Source: Octopus bimaculoides | Lineage: Eukaryota | DNA: 40,522 nucleotides | Assembly: GCF_001194135.2 (NCBI RefSeq) | Contig: NC_068981.1 | Coordinates: 139,116,933 to 139,157,454, forward strand | Reading direction: 5' to 3' | Part shown: positions 23,365 to 36,384 of the stretch, piece after piece | Layout of the letters: every line of letters starts with the position of its first letter | Position numbering within the stretch: position 1 is the stretch's first letter | The notes under the pieces: generated by a model | Told to the model about the DNA's origin: nothing | Seen by the model: the letters and a program-made list of their open reading frames with translations, nothing else | Databases searched by the model: none | Made by a program: the position numbers and the translations under genes

Positions 23365-23427
23365 GTTCCCGAATCGAACCGATTTCTGGATTAATCCACA
23401 AGGATTCTTCCTTCTTCAGCGAGAAAC
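23365..23427 (-). ncRNA. Type I hammerhead ribozyme-like motif, core nucleotides intact
   Basis: The minus strand reads GTTTC-TCG-CTGAAGA-AGGA-AG-AATCC-TTGT-GGATT-AA-TCCA-GAA-ATCGGT-T-CGA-TTCG-GGAAC. The triplet is GUU and the first stem II pair is an A.A mismatch. Confidence 0.6.
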
Positions 23428-23649
23428 ACGGTTAGAATAAATGGAACACTTACATGTACCCACGGAAAAAGGCAGATGAAAAGTAATGAGTACATTTAAA
23501 GACCCAAAATATATCTAAATAGAAATTCTGTAGCAAGCCTCAGCACACATGTAGATACACGCACACATACGAACATGCGCGCGCACACACACATGTATAT
23601 ACACACACACACACATACGCGCATACACACACTAGACATTTATACACAC

Positions 23650-23808
23650 ACATACGACGGGCTTCCATACAGTTTCCGTCGACTAAATTCACACACAAAG
23701 TAATAATGTTTGACTCGGGGGCTATAGTAGAAGATATTTTCCCAAGGTACCGTGCAGTGGTGCCGAACCCGAAACTACGTGGTTGCATGTCGAGCTTCTT
23801 AACTACTC
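23650..23808 (-). mobile_element. Family A SINE head/core
   Basis: CATACGACGGGCTTC..CAGTTTCCGTC..GCTATAGTAGAAGA..CAAGGT. Confidence 0.75.
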
Positions 23809-24512
23809 ATTCAAATGTGTGAACGCATGTATGTATGTATATGTATATATATGTGTATGTATGTGGGTATGTATGTGGGTATTTTATGTATGTGTATATA
23901 TGAGGGTATTTTATATATTATTTCATGTTTGTTCACATTAAAACACAATCACATAGCAATCTAGAAAATAAATATAAGCAGTTTAGATCCAGCGATTAGA
24001 CGTATAAAAGACATTAAGAAAGCGTTGGTCTGATTTATAAACAAGAAGAAATCGGTCGTGGCTCATCTTTCAGTGATGTTGATAAGTTTTGGTAGGAAGA
24101 GAGTCTTGCAGGCGAGAGGAAGAGGAGAAGAAAGAAAGGGAGAGAGGTAAAAAGAGAAAGGTATGATTGAAAATAATCCAGACATTTGTTGAGCAACAAG
24201 CATCGTATTTCGTTTTGAAGAATATTAATCTTGTTAGGAAATCTTGGAAGGCCTGGTTATATCTTAAGTGTCTTTTATGGTAACGAAAGAAATCTGCTTA
24301 AAGCACCACACCACGTCCTTATTTCTTCTTAAGGTTGAAAGTGATTCCCCAAGGAAAGTCTGACTCTCTCCTTATGTGTACGTTACATATACACTCAAGT
24401 GTGCTCATACACACACGCATTAATAAAAATACTTAGTTGTTTGCCACTTATACATTTTACATATACATGAATCCACTCAAATATATTATGTATGAATATG
24501 TGCGTATGTTTA

Positions 24513-24572
<60 letters not shown>

Positions 24573-24869
24573 NNNNNNNNNNNNNNNNNNNNNNNNNNNN
24601 NNNNNNNNNNNNNNNNNNNNNNNNNNNNNNNNNNNNNNNNNNNNNNNNNNNNNNNNNNNNNNNNNNNNNNNNNNNNNNNNNNNNNNNNNNNNNNNNNNNN
24701 NNNNNNNNNNNNNNNNNNNNNNNNNNNNNNNNNNNNNNNNNNNNNNNNNNNNNNNNNNNNNNNNNNNNNNNNNNNNNNNNNNNNNNNNNNNNNNNNNNNN
24801 NNNNNNNNNNNNNNNNNNNNNNNNNNNNNNNNNNNNNNNNNNNNNNNNNNNNNNNNNNNNNNNNNNNNN

Positions 24870-25800
24870 AAAGTCAAGGTAGAAAATGCTAAAATAATTT
24901 TATAAAAAACATTTCAGCACCGGTTTCAGTCATTGAGACTTTTTCAACTGTAAGTATGAAAAACAATTTAAATTTTGGAAAAATTAAAAGAAAAGTTTTT
25001 TAAAAGAATATTTACATAATATTCAAATACTAGGGACATTTTCCTTGTTTCTGCCTGTCTCTGTCTCTCTTGTTTACTCTTGTGGGTTCGAGGTCGTTGT
25101 GAATTCTTGGCAGAAAAGAAGAAGAAGAAGAAGAAGAATGCAGGAGTGCTATGATAGTAGTAGAATGTTACATGGTCAAGTGCCCTGAAAGTGACTTGTG
25201 GATGGTAGCAGTGATTGGGACTGTTTTAATGGATTCTTGGGTATCTCTTCTGGATGTATCGTTTTTAATATTTGCGCGTGTTTTATTCTAAGCTCGTGGT
25301 GGATATGTCATTTGTTGTAGATACGTTCAAAAGGGGTCTGTATTTTGTGATAATTCGTTGGCTACAGGTTGTATCGTCCCTGAATTGATAGAGGGGAAAA
25401 ATTCTGAAGCTTAGATTTTTGTTATTGGCGCAAATGTCGATGTGATGGCTGAATGCTGTTTTCCTGTTTTTTTTTTTTAATTTTGATTTGGGATCTGTGC
25501 AGAGCCATCCTTTTTTGTTTGGCTTATGTGTTGCTCTTGACACTCAGAGCAGGTTAGTGCGTATATCAGTTTCTCCGAAGCACATGTGAAGCTGCTTTTC
25601 ACTGTGAAACGTTGTCCCTGTTTTAAGGAGAACTCTGATCCCTCAATTAAATTGACGCATATCTCACAGTTGGGTCTTCTGAATTTTTTTACTGACGGCT
25701 TCAGTGTTGTTGTTGAGCGTATTCGAGCTTGTTTTAGGAGACTTTTCATAGATTTGGGCTGTCTCTTGCTTTTATTATATATTGATATATGACATACACT
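24870..25800 (-). mobile_element. Penelope-like element 3' fragment: GIY-YIG endonuclease remnant (~25318-25790) plus 3' terminal region with degenerate HHR (24915-24950)
   Basis: SKRQPKSMKSLL..RPNCEIC..FTCASEKLIYALTCSECQEQHISQT..HHIDIC..KYRPLLN. The downstream minus strand reads CAG-TTGAAAA-AGTC-TCAAT-GACT-GAA-ACCGGT-G-CTG. Confidence 0.8.
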
Positions 25801-26524
25801 TTGCTCCATATCAAAATTAAAGAAGTAATTCTGATAAGAAGACATGACATACAACTTCAATTTAAAAGCTAGTTAAGTCGTTAAATATGTGATAAGTAAA
25901 CATGTGAAGGTACGGAACGGAAAAGGTGTTTTGCACTACGTATGTTTCCAAACTGGAATGGAATCCATATTATGAGTAATTAAAACATTTTCGTAATTAA
26001 TGATGAAGTCCACCTCTTCGTCAGTTGCAGACTATCTGTTATGCTACCTACCGTCCAATGGCTATCCAAGGATTACGAGATAGAAAGGAAATAGACATCT
26101 AATTAAAATTTATTGTAGTGGTAAGCGGTTTAGGTTAACTGCCAATCACACACCTTCTTAGTTTACTCGACAAATACGGAAAAAGTTGTGGTCTCTACAT
26201 CTTTTAATTTATGGAATTATTGCCCAATAATCCATGAACCAGAAAATAACCAGTGTCGGAAAGAACTACCTCTTATAGGAGAACGTTAGGGGAAACAAGA
26301 TACCGGAAATTGCAATGCAAACAGAGAGTTACTTCTTAGACTTTGCACAGAGCTGAGATCACCACTGGCTTCATGAAAAGGAAGAACAAAGATCGAAACA
26401 TTAACTATATATATATTCTCTCTTTCTTTTTCCCTCGTTCTCACTCTCTCTTTCTCTCACACACAGTCACACACACACAATCACACACATACACACACAT
26501 GTATGTTTGTACGTATTTTTATTA

Positions 26525-26715
26525 TCTTCTTGTTTCAGTCATTGGATTGTAGCACCTCGAAGGGTTTTAGTTGAACAAATCGCTCCCAGTACTTATTTTT
26601 AAAAGCCTGGTACTTACTCTATCGGATCTTTTGCCGAATCGCTATGTTCAGCGGACGTAAACAAGCCAACACCAGTTGTCGAGTGGTGAGTGGATAAATA
26701 TAGACACAAAGGCAG
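26525..26715 (-). mobile_element. Diverged family A SINE tail
   Basis: Homologous to 26843-27030. Confidence 0.7.
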
Positions 26716-26842
26716 ACAGACACACATTCACACACACATATATAATGATAAATAAGAAGAATGGAAGATGTTGTAGTAAAATGATTTACCCATTCAGTCC
26801 TTTTTATTTGTCAGTATAAAACTTTGTTGATACTTATTCCTT

Positions 26843-27252
26843 TACTCTTTTACTTGTTTCAGTCATTTGACTGTGGCCATGCTGGAGTACCGCCTTTAGT
26901 CGAGCAAATCGACCCCAGGACTTATTCTTTGTAAGCCTAGGACTTATTTTATCGGTGTCTTTTGCCGAACCGCTAAGTTACGGGCACGTAAACACACCAG
27001 CATCGGTTGTCAAGCGATGGTGGGGGGACAAACACAAACACACAAACACACACAGACATCCATATATATATTTATATATATATATATACATATACGACGG
27101 GCTTCTTCCAGTTTCCGTCTACCAAATCCATTCACAAGGCTTTGGTCGGCCCGAGGCTATAGTAGAAAACACTTGCTCAAGGTGCCACGCGGTGTGACTG
27201 AACCCGGAACCATGTGGTTGGTAAGCAACCTACTTACCACACAGCCACTCCT
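26843..27252 (-). mobile_element. Full-length family A (CORE-like) tRNA-derived SINE with internal microsatellite
   Basis: Head at 27252, core, (AT/AC)n, and tail ending in (AGTAAAAG) units. Confidence 0.85.
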
Positions 27253-27324
27253 ACTTGTAAATTTTTAGACATTTATTTTGGTATAACAGACGATCTCCAG
27301 TTTACAGCTTTCTCTGATAGCCAT

Positions 27325-27570
27325 TAGTGGAGGGGCGTGGCTTAGGGTGTTGGACTCGTGATCGTAAAATTGTGGTTTCGATTCCTGGACCGGGCGATGC
27401 GTTGTGTTCTTGAGCAAAACACTTTATTTCACGTTGCTCCTGTCCACTCAGCTGGCAAAAATGAGTAACGCTGCGATGGACTGGCGTCCCGTCCAGGTGG
27501 GGAATTTATATGCCACTGAAACCAGGAAACCGGCCTTATGAGCCTGGTATGACTCGAGAAGGAAACATTT
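27325..27570 (+). mobile_element. tRNA-derived SINE, family D
   Basis: GGCGTGGCTTAG..GGTTTCGATTCC head and GCTGCGATGGACTGGCGTCCCGTCCAGG body. A diverged head copy lies at ~36030-36140. Confidence 0.7.
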
Positions 27571-27779
27571 CTTCTTTCTTCTTCTGATAGTCAATATCAG
27601 CGGATGAGCTTAATAAGGTAAACACCATGGTTACATAACCTTATGAAATTATCTATCTATCTGTCTGTTTGTCTGTCTGTCTATCTGTCCGTCCATCCAT
27701 CCATGTATGTATGTATGTATGTATGTATGTATGTATGTATGTATGTATGTATGTATGTATCTATCTATCTATCTATCTG

Positions 27780-27814
<35 letters not shown>

Positions 27815-27816
<2 letters not shown>

Positions 27817-27955
27817 ATGCCGGCCTTCCACCTTATTTCCGTCTTTCAAATTAACTCACAAGGCATTATCTGATCCAAAGCACTTGCTCAAGGTGCTGCG
27901 TAGTGGAACTGAACCTGAAAACCCGTGGTTGAAAAGCGAGCGTCTTAACCACACA
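27815..27955 (-). mobile_element. Diverged family A SINE fragment
   Basis: CACTTGCTCAAGGTGCTGCGTAGTGGAACTGAACC. Confidence 0.7.
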
Positions 27956-28254
27956 AGGAAGCTTGTAGAAGTGTAAATATATGCACATGTGTGTTTGTGT
28001 GTGTATGTGTGTGCGTATGTGTGTGTGTGTGTATGCGTGTATGTACATTAGACTTTGGTTATTATTTTGAAGCAAGTTTAATAACCACAGAATAGTAATT
28101 GATGTAGAAGGTGGGGACTTAGTACTAAGAATAGTGTCAAATTTAATGCAGTTCTGGAGTTTTATAGGAAAACCGAATAAAAATGATATTGGTAATTTAA
28201 ATACTTTAACGAAAATATTTGATTTAACACCTTTGTGCACAACACACATCCATA

Positions 28255-28264
28255 TGTACATGTA

Positions 28265-28298
<34 letters not shown>

Positions 28299-28315
28299 CA
28301 CGCATATATATATAT

Positions 28316-28346
<31 letters not shown>

Positions 28347-28356
28347 GGTATATATA

Positions 28357-28400
<44 letters not shown>

Positions 28401-28473
28401 ATATATGTATATATATATGTGTATGTATATATCTATATCTATCTATATATGTATATAAATATACATACATGTA

Positions 28474-28512
<39 letters not shown>
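28255..28512. repeat. Compound (AT)n/(GT)n microsatellite
   Basis: Directly visible. Confidence 0.95.
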
Positions 28513-28513
<1 letters not shown>

Positions 28514-29002
28514 CAGACGCAAGAAACATATTAGTACTTAAATTTTCGTTTAACATTTTATATATATTAGATTGTTAACATTGAACTAATGCGTAGCAGA
28601 AACTTGTGAAGTTTTTAGAGAATATTATAAATAATATTCTTTAGTTGGCCTTTAATTCAATCTGTATTAGTAAACAACACACAATTTCAGAAGTTTCCAT
28701 CTACGCACGTACAAAAATAGAAACAAATACATTTATATTTCTTCACACAGAATTCAGTTGACACCTTAATTCTTTTTAGAATAAAAAAATTCTTAACCTT
28801 CAGTTTAATTAGTCCAATTAACTAGATGCCTGGTATTTTTTTAACACTTGACCCATTACTGACCTGTATTCACTTAAAATTAAATATTTTTTCAATTAAT
28901 TTATACCTGTTTCCATTTCTTTATAAGTATTTTTAACTTTTCATTTAATTTTTATTACATATTTATTTATCTATGAATACCCTTTCCTTTTTATTAATTT
29001 GA

Positions 29003-29091
<89 letters not shown>

Positions 29092-29922
29092 GCAAAGGTG
29101 AGGAAAATACAATACAAAGACGAGATAAAAAATAAACGCAGTTTGTATTGGTCTAACGCTCAGGAAATGGGAAAAAAAAACAAGGAAATGTCTTTAGCGT
29201 TTCGAGTATGTATGTATATATATATATGTATACATATGTATACACACACACATATATGTATGTATGTATGTATGTATGTTTATGTGTGCGTGTGTATTTT
29301 CCTTCCTCTTTATTTCTCAAGTTGTTTCTTTACTTGTTTGACTGCTGAAATTATCTTGGAATTTGTTTTGTGACCTTTAAACAACTTCCTTAGATTTCTA
29401 CCAGCAAGAAAATAAAAAAATTCTTTTTATTGTAGTTTTAAAAACAAATGGAAATTACTACCGAAACACCCACTTCTTTTAATGAGGCTACCCTTCCATT
29501 TTCGTTTGTAAATTTCTAAATCTTTCTTCGCATCTTGAATAAATCGCCAGAAGAAACGTAATATCCCACGGGAAACTCACTATCAACCTAACTGTGTTGC
29601 CTTCATTGTTATGTACACCTGGTTGCTGCATTGATTACTTTTCTGCTGCTGTTCATGAAATGCTGTTTGAAAATACTATACGACACACAAAAGTTGCCGG
29701 AACAGATCCTAAGCGTTGTTCCTTCTGAGATATTTTCGTGGAAACTTCTTAATGCCACGGAGCAGATTTCCTCTCCTGTTCAATCACGTATCTGAAATGT
29801 GTTAGTGCTATACAGCAAATGCATTCTAGTAATAATGTTTTGCTGTAGAAAGAAGCTCCTACTCGACAATTTTTAAAGTCTTTTCCTCACTTTGTTTCTA
29901 TTTACAGCATTTTATATGGCAT

Positions 29923-30374
29923 GTTGTTGTTGGCACTCCGTCGCTTACGATGTCGAGGGTTCCAGTTGATCCGATCAACAGAACAGCCTGCTCGTGAAAT
30001 TAACGTGCAAATGGCTGAGCAATCCACAGACACGTGTACCCCTAACCTAGTTCTCGGGGATATTCAGCGTGACACAGTGTGACAAGGCTGACCCTTTGAA
30101 TTACAGGCACAACAGAAACAGGAAGTAAGAGTGAGAGAAAGTTGTGGTGAAAAAGTACAGCAGGGTTCACCACCATCCCCTGCCGGAGCCTTGTAGAGCT
30201 TTAGGTGATTTCGCTCAATAAACACTCACAACGCTCGGTCTGGGAATCGAAACCGCGATTCCNNNNNNNNNNNNNNNNNNNNNNNNNNNNNNNNNNNNNN
30301 NNNNNNNNNNNNNNNNNNNNNNATTCCATGACCGCGAGTCCGCTGCCCGAACCACTGGGCCATTGCGCCTCCAC
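29923..30374 (-). mobile_element. Full-length family C SINE with 12-bp TSD
   Basis: TSD TTTATATGGCAT at 29911-29922 and 30375-30386, with a (CAA)n tail. The gap at 30263-30323 has overlapping ATTCC on both sides. Confidence 0.9.
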
Positions 30375-31218
30375 TTTATATGGCATATTTTTACTAAAAC
30401 TTAGGTGTCTGTGATACCCTTCTGTGAAAACAAGGACAATAGTTTTGGGAAGCGATTTTCTTTCCATTCGGCTATTATGTTTGAATATTTCTTTCAGTCT
30501 AATTTCCATGGAACCCCGAAGAAAGAACTAGTTTCTAATGCATAGACAAACTTCTCATTCATTCATTCATTCATTCATTCATTCACTCTTATTAAGTATG
30601 AAATCTTCTCTCCCTGCATACACAAGCAATATTTCACACTTAAACACTTCAAAGAGGAATCAACACTTGCGCCGCTAAACCCACCAGGATAGCTCCTTTC
30701 CTGAACGTGAAATTTGAATATACATAACACACGAACCCCGCATACAGAAATATTCCCCTATGACGAACTACCTTACCACACAAGCATACGAACATCACAT
30801 ACACCCAGAATACAATATGAGATAATGCAAACAACTTTACCATACGACACAACTGTTTGCCCAAAAGTCAAACCCAAGAGAGATAACCACTCAAAAGATG
30901 TCATCCAAGATTTGCGCCCATTGTTTTATTGTCTTCTTTCCGAGAATCTCTGCGAACTCAACGTGACTTTGTGTTTATCCAAAATGGAGAGAAACATCAT
31001 TCCTCCATGTGATTGGCTTGAAAAATTGTTAAAATATTAAGATATTTTCCTATTTTTCTTAACATGAAAACAGTGGTAGCCATAATTCACAAATAAAGAA
31101 ATTCTATCCACCAATGCGGTGTTGAGCACTCATTTTCATCGACCGACATTAGCATATATATATATATATATATATATNNNNNNNNNNNNNNNNNNNNNNN
31201 NNNNNNNNNNNNNNNNNN

Positions 31219-31254
<36 letters not shown>

Positions 31255-31258
<4 letters not shown>

Positions 31259-31328
31259 GCGAGAAGCCTCTAACCAGGCTTTTCGCGACATCCTCAAAGC
31301 CAGGAACTTTTCAGCACCCCTTCACGTA
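31255..31328 (-). mobile_element. Mariner-derived MITE end
   Basis: CTCAAAGCCAGGAACTTTTCAGCACCCC TIR, as at 7072-7283. Confidence 0.7.
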
Positions 31329-32114
31329 TACATACATACATACATACATACATACATACATACATACGTACATACATATATACATACATACATACATAAA
31401 TATATATATAGAGAGTTATTAATATTTCTAAGTCTCTCTAAAGGAGACTACGGCAGCGGTACTGGAAATTAATAGTTATCGCCAAGCCAACATTGCAGTC
31501 CCAAAATTAGGACGAAAGCTGCCATTGGGTTTTCAACCCAATATTTACCTTTATATGCTTCAAGATAGAATTTCTAAAAATAATTCTGTCTNNNNNNNNN
31601 NNNNNNNNNNNNNNNNNNNNNNNNNNNNNNNNNNNNNNNNNNNNNNNNNNNNNNNNNNNNNNNNNNNNNNNNNNNNNNNNNNNNNNNNNNNNNNNNNNNN
31701 NNNNNNNNNNNNNNNNNNNNNNNNNNNNNNNNNNNNNNNNNNNNNNNNNNNNNNNNNNNNNNNNNNNNNNNNNNNNNNNNNNNNNNNNNNNNNNNNNNNN
31801 NNNNNNNNNNNNNNNNNNNNNNNNNNNNNNNNNNNNNNNNNNNNNNNNNNNNNNNNNNNNNNNNNNNNNNNNNNNNNNNNNNNNNNNNNNNNNNNNNNNN
31901 NNNNNNNNNNNNNNNNNNNNNNNNNNNNNNNNNNNNNNNNNNNNNNNNNNNNNNNNNNNNNNNNNNNNNNNNNNNNNNNNNNNNNNNNNNNNNNNNNNNN
32001 NNNNNNNNNNNNNNNNNNNNNNNNNNNNNNNNNNNNNNNNNNNNNNNNNNNNNNNNNNNNNNNATATATTTGCATTTGAATGCTTCAAGATACAGTTTCT
32101 AAAAAGAATTATGT

Positions 32115-32172
<58 letters not shown>

Positions 32173-32472
32173 ACAAAAACAACGAAAATGAACGTCAACG
32201 TAAGATATTTCAAGCCTACTATATAAAAAAAAAAGTTGGTCACAGGCAGAACTTTAGAAATAAAAGTCCTTCGCCTTGCGCTATATAAAATGATATTAAA
32301 TGCAAAAATGACCAAAGTAAAAGTAATGAGAGAATAGTGTAGGGAGGCTATTTAAGCTCTATCAGGAGCGATGCTATTTTCCTAAAAAAAAACCAAGAGA
32401 TTTTATGTGATAACTACAAAAATATCTGACAAAAATAACGTTGAAAGGGAGCTTCGTGAGTCGACTCATTCG

Positions 32473-32503
<31 letters not shown>

Positions 32504-33224
32504 GTGTGTGTGTGTATACACACACATACACATGCGCACACGCACACACGCATATACACAGATAGACATGCACATGTGTGAGTATGTACGTGTGCGTATA
32601 TGTGTGTTATCTTCTTGAAATTTGAATTCAGAAATGTTCAAAGAAAGGGCAAAAAAGTACTATATATAAAAATAACTTTAAAAAAGTAATTAAAACAAAA
32701 CAACAAAACTCAGCAAACAAGCCAATGTATCCCTTAAAAGATAAAATAACGATTATTTTTATAACTATATCTTTTTTCAGAAAGCCCACTAGAATTTGTA
32801 ATTTCAGGGCAAAAGCGAATCAGCTCTTTGATGTTACTTTCTAACACTTTTGGAAGCCTTTTATTTTTGTAATTATCTGATGTTTTAAGGGAAAACAATT
32901 CGCTTTTGTTATTTCATTATTTTCAACCTACTGCTTTATTTTCTCTCACTGTTCCTTTCATTTCCCTTTCTACCCGCAAATCGTTTTCTCTTTTATTTTC
33001 TCTACTACTTTTTTCTCCACTTGTAAAGTTTTATTTCCCTTAGAATTTCAGACAAGTATATCCGTTACTTATTAAAAACACGTTTAAAAGTCCACTTAAT
33101 TATACCAAAAGAAATATTTCTTTTGTAATTTTCAACGTTGAAAATTCATTAAAACAGAAACAGAGGCATCTTCAGTTACATAATGAACGCTTGCTAAAGC
33201 TTTGTTTAATATATTTGGTAAGGG

Positions 33225-33790
33225 ATGTTGAAGGTGATAGAAATAAAATGGAAGGAAAAGGAGAAAAGAAGACGATAAAGAAAAAAAGCTAGAAAATGAG
33301 AAAAGTTAAAAGCTGGATGGAAGAAGAAGAAAAGGAAGAAGTAGAAAAGAAGACTAACTAAAATAGGAAGACGAGAAAGGAAGAAGAAGAAAAAAGACGA
33401 AGGAAAAATAAAAGCAATTAGACAAGAAAGATGCTGAAAAAGAAAAGGAAGAGAAAGAAGAAGACAACCAAGAAAACGACGAAGAAGAGCTAGAAGAATA
33501 CTAAAGGGGAAAAGAAGGAAAGAAGAATAAAGACGAGGAAAACGAAGACTATGACGCAAAAGAATGAAAAGCAGGAAGTAGAAAAAATGGAAGAAGAAAA
33601 GTAAAAACGAAAAAAAAGAAAACGGAGAAGCGAAAGAAGCATGGAGAGTAACAGTAAAAGAAGAAAAGGACGAAGAGATGAAAAACTAGAAGAAGGTGAA
33701 GAAGAAGAAGAAGAGATAGAAGAAGTACAATTGGGAGATAAAGAACGATAAGGACGAAGTGTAAGAAGAAGCGTAGTGGAGAAGACAAAA
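33225..33790. repeat. Long degenerate (GAA)-rich polypurine tract
   Basis: Almost all A/G on the plus strand. Confidence 0.85.
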
Positions 33791-35852
33791 ATCCGTTCAA
33801 TAGCATTGGGGCTTCAATCAACTCCTCTCAGATAAACAGTACAGAGTGAAGGCAATCAGATTTGTCTTGGCAAAACAATAGCGTTTTTCTTAGTTCCCTA
33901 GGCAACTACTTCAGTTGCATATTATAATATTTCGTGCTTATTATTTTGTTCTTCTAGAGGTTATTCGAAATCAATACGTTCTCCGCATCTTGAAGCACTA
34001 ATGCAATCAGGTTTTTAAAGAAGAGAAAGCACTCAGATACACACACAAATATATATATATATATACATACGTATATATAATGTGTGTGTGTGTAATTTTT
34101 TTCCCCATACGAATTCATGGGATATTTTTATTGTTTCTATCTATTCTGATGGAAATGGGTAACGTTCATTGTAATAAAAAGAAATGAAAAACAAAAAAAA
34201 TTTGTCAAAATACTGGTTGCATTAACAAGAATTATTAGTTTTCACACGACAGCTAATAATAAGTTTTTGATGCACATCTTATCTTTCAGTGACACTGAGC
34301 GTGCTTCGCTGACGGTGTCCAAGCAGAACTGAACACAATCTTTTTGTTGAATCAATAAACCAAAGAAAGCTAATGTAGAATAAGGAAATTTACAGGAAAC
34401 TCTATGTCCAAGTATGTGAATTTAAATATTGAAATAAATAAGTTGAATATTTCTATAACAACATTCTGGGGGATGAGCGCTATGAAATAAAAATAATAAA
34501 AGATTACCAAATTGACAATACTAACGTAACTTGCATTTTGCTTTTGATAGAAGACAATCACAAAATAAAATCGATAACTAATTTATTAGTATTTGCAAGA
34601 CATGGAAAGAACGTAGAGGTCTGAGAACGATATACAAGATTTCCTGGTTATGATTTTTAGTCACTCTAGCACTGTTTCCTTATGCCATAATATCACATCA
34701 TTGTTAACGAAATTTAAGCTAAGTATTATATTTCTGTAATGAGATTCCTTTCATTTTTTTTTACTGGAAAAACAAGCAAAATTTCTTCTAGCAGCGCAAT
34801 TTGGGGAGACTATATGCTCAGTGTGGAGTTGTCGGAGGTCTTCTCCGGTGGCGACTCCTATTTGCTATAACTATACGAGTATATATATATATATATATAT
34901 NNNNNNNNNNNNNNNNNNNNNNNNNNNNNNNNNNNNNNNNNNNNNNNNNNNNNNNNNNNNNNNNNNNNNNNNNNNNNNNNNNNNNNNNNNNNNNNNNNNN
35001 NNNNNNNNNNNNNNNNNNNNNNNNNNNNNNNNNNNNNNNNNNNNNNNNNNNNNNNNNNNNNNNNNNNNNNNNNNNNNNNNNNNNNNNNNNNNNNNNNNNN
35101 NNNNNNNNNNNNNNNNNNNNNNNNNNNNNNNNNNNNNNNNNNNNNNNNNNNNNNNNNNNNNNNNNNNNNNNNNNNNNNNNNNNNNNNNNNNNNNNNNNNN
35201 NNNNNNNNNNNNNNNNNNNNNNNNNNNNNNNNNNNNNNNNNNNNNNNNNNNNNNNNNNNNNNNNNNNNNNNNNNNNNNNNNNNNNNNNNNNNNNNNNNNN
35301 NNNNNNNNCCGGATATAGTGTCCTCCTTAGGGATTATAAAATCCAGAGATCAACTGGTGTTATCAATGACATATTGGGAGAATTCTCTTAATATATAGGG
35401 ATAAACAGTCTAATTTACATTTATTACTATAAGAAAACGGAGAAAAAAATATTCTGGATACTTGTTTTATTTTTATCACAGTATGAACATAGCAAATAGT
35501 TTAATACAAACAAAATTTAAATGAACATACATTAATATAAAATATGCATAAAATTATCATTTAAGAGAATATATAGACAGTAAGGGGTTGTGAGGGACAT
35601 TATGTAATTCGGGTAATGATTACATAATGTCCCTCAAAACACATAGCCGTCTATTTTTCAAATCCTCAATAGCATTCTAGAAAGTTTTGATTAGGTAATA
35701 TCTTCCTATATTACTCCCTTAGCATTCCCTCTTACTTTTTTTTTTTAGCAAACTAATGTTTACATTATGTAGATACTTAACATATGAATATGTAGTCCTT
35801 ATCCATCTTATCTAGTAAGTGGAACGAGTAGTATGGAACTCTCTCTCTCTCT

Positions 35853-35896
<44 letters not shown>

Positions 35897-36384
35897 ACAC
35901 ACACAGAGGCATACACACACTAACACACACAGGCACACACACACTAACACACACAAACACACACACACATATACACTAACACAAACACGCATACACACAG
36001 AAACATACACAGATATTACGAGAGAATGCGCGTGGTCTAGCTGCCAAGATGTTGGATTCGGGATCATGCGTTTGATTCCTGGACCAAGCAGCACGTGATT
36101 TCGTTGAGTAAGTCACTTTACATCACTTTGTTCCAGTCTTCTCACTTGAAAATCCAGTTTTCTCCCCCCATCTCGCTGTCATATTCTTGATGTTCCACTT
36201 AGTAGAACGTGAGAGCCGAGAGTGTGTCTACATCTGCTCGTAACTACAACGGCACATGAAACACTTAGTGAAAACATGGTACCAGCTATCAAGTCATACT
36301 TGTTTGTGCTTGGCATCTATAAATTATATATCCTGATAAAACAAAGAACGGGATGAAGAGTTAAATTGAGCAGGTGTGTGGCAT

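Noticed and set aside
25975-26026. Minus strand CTGACGAAGAG...CGAAAATG
   Set aside because: No convincing stems I or II, so likely a chance core match.
30714-31040. 108-aa ORF
   Set aside because: No domain similarity, and low-complexity CA-rich composition.
33127-33146. 20-bp perfect palindrome AATTTTCAACGTTGAAAATT
   Set aside because: Short and AT-rich, so plausible by chance or local slippage, with no context.
33206-33821. Hydrophobic membrane-protein-like ORFs on the minus strand
   Set aside because: They are translations of the TTC-rich strand of the polypurine tract.
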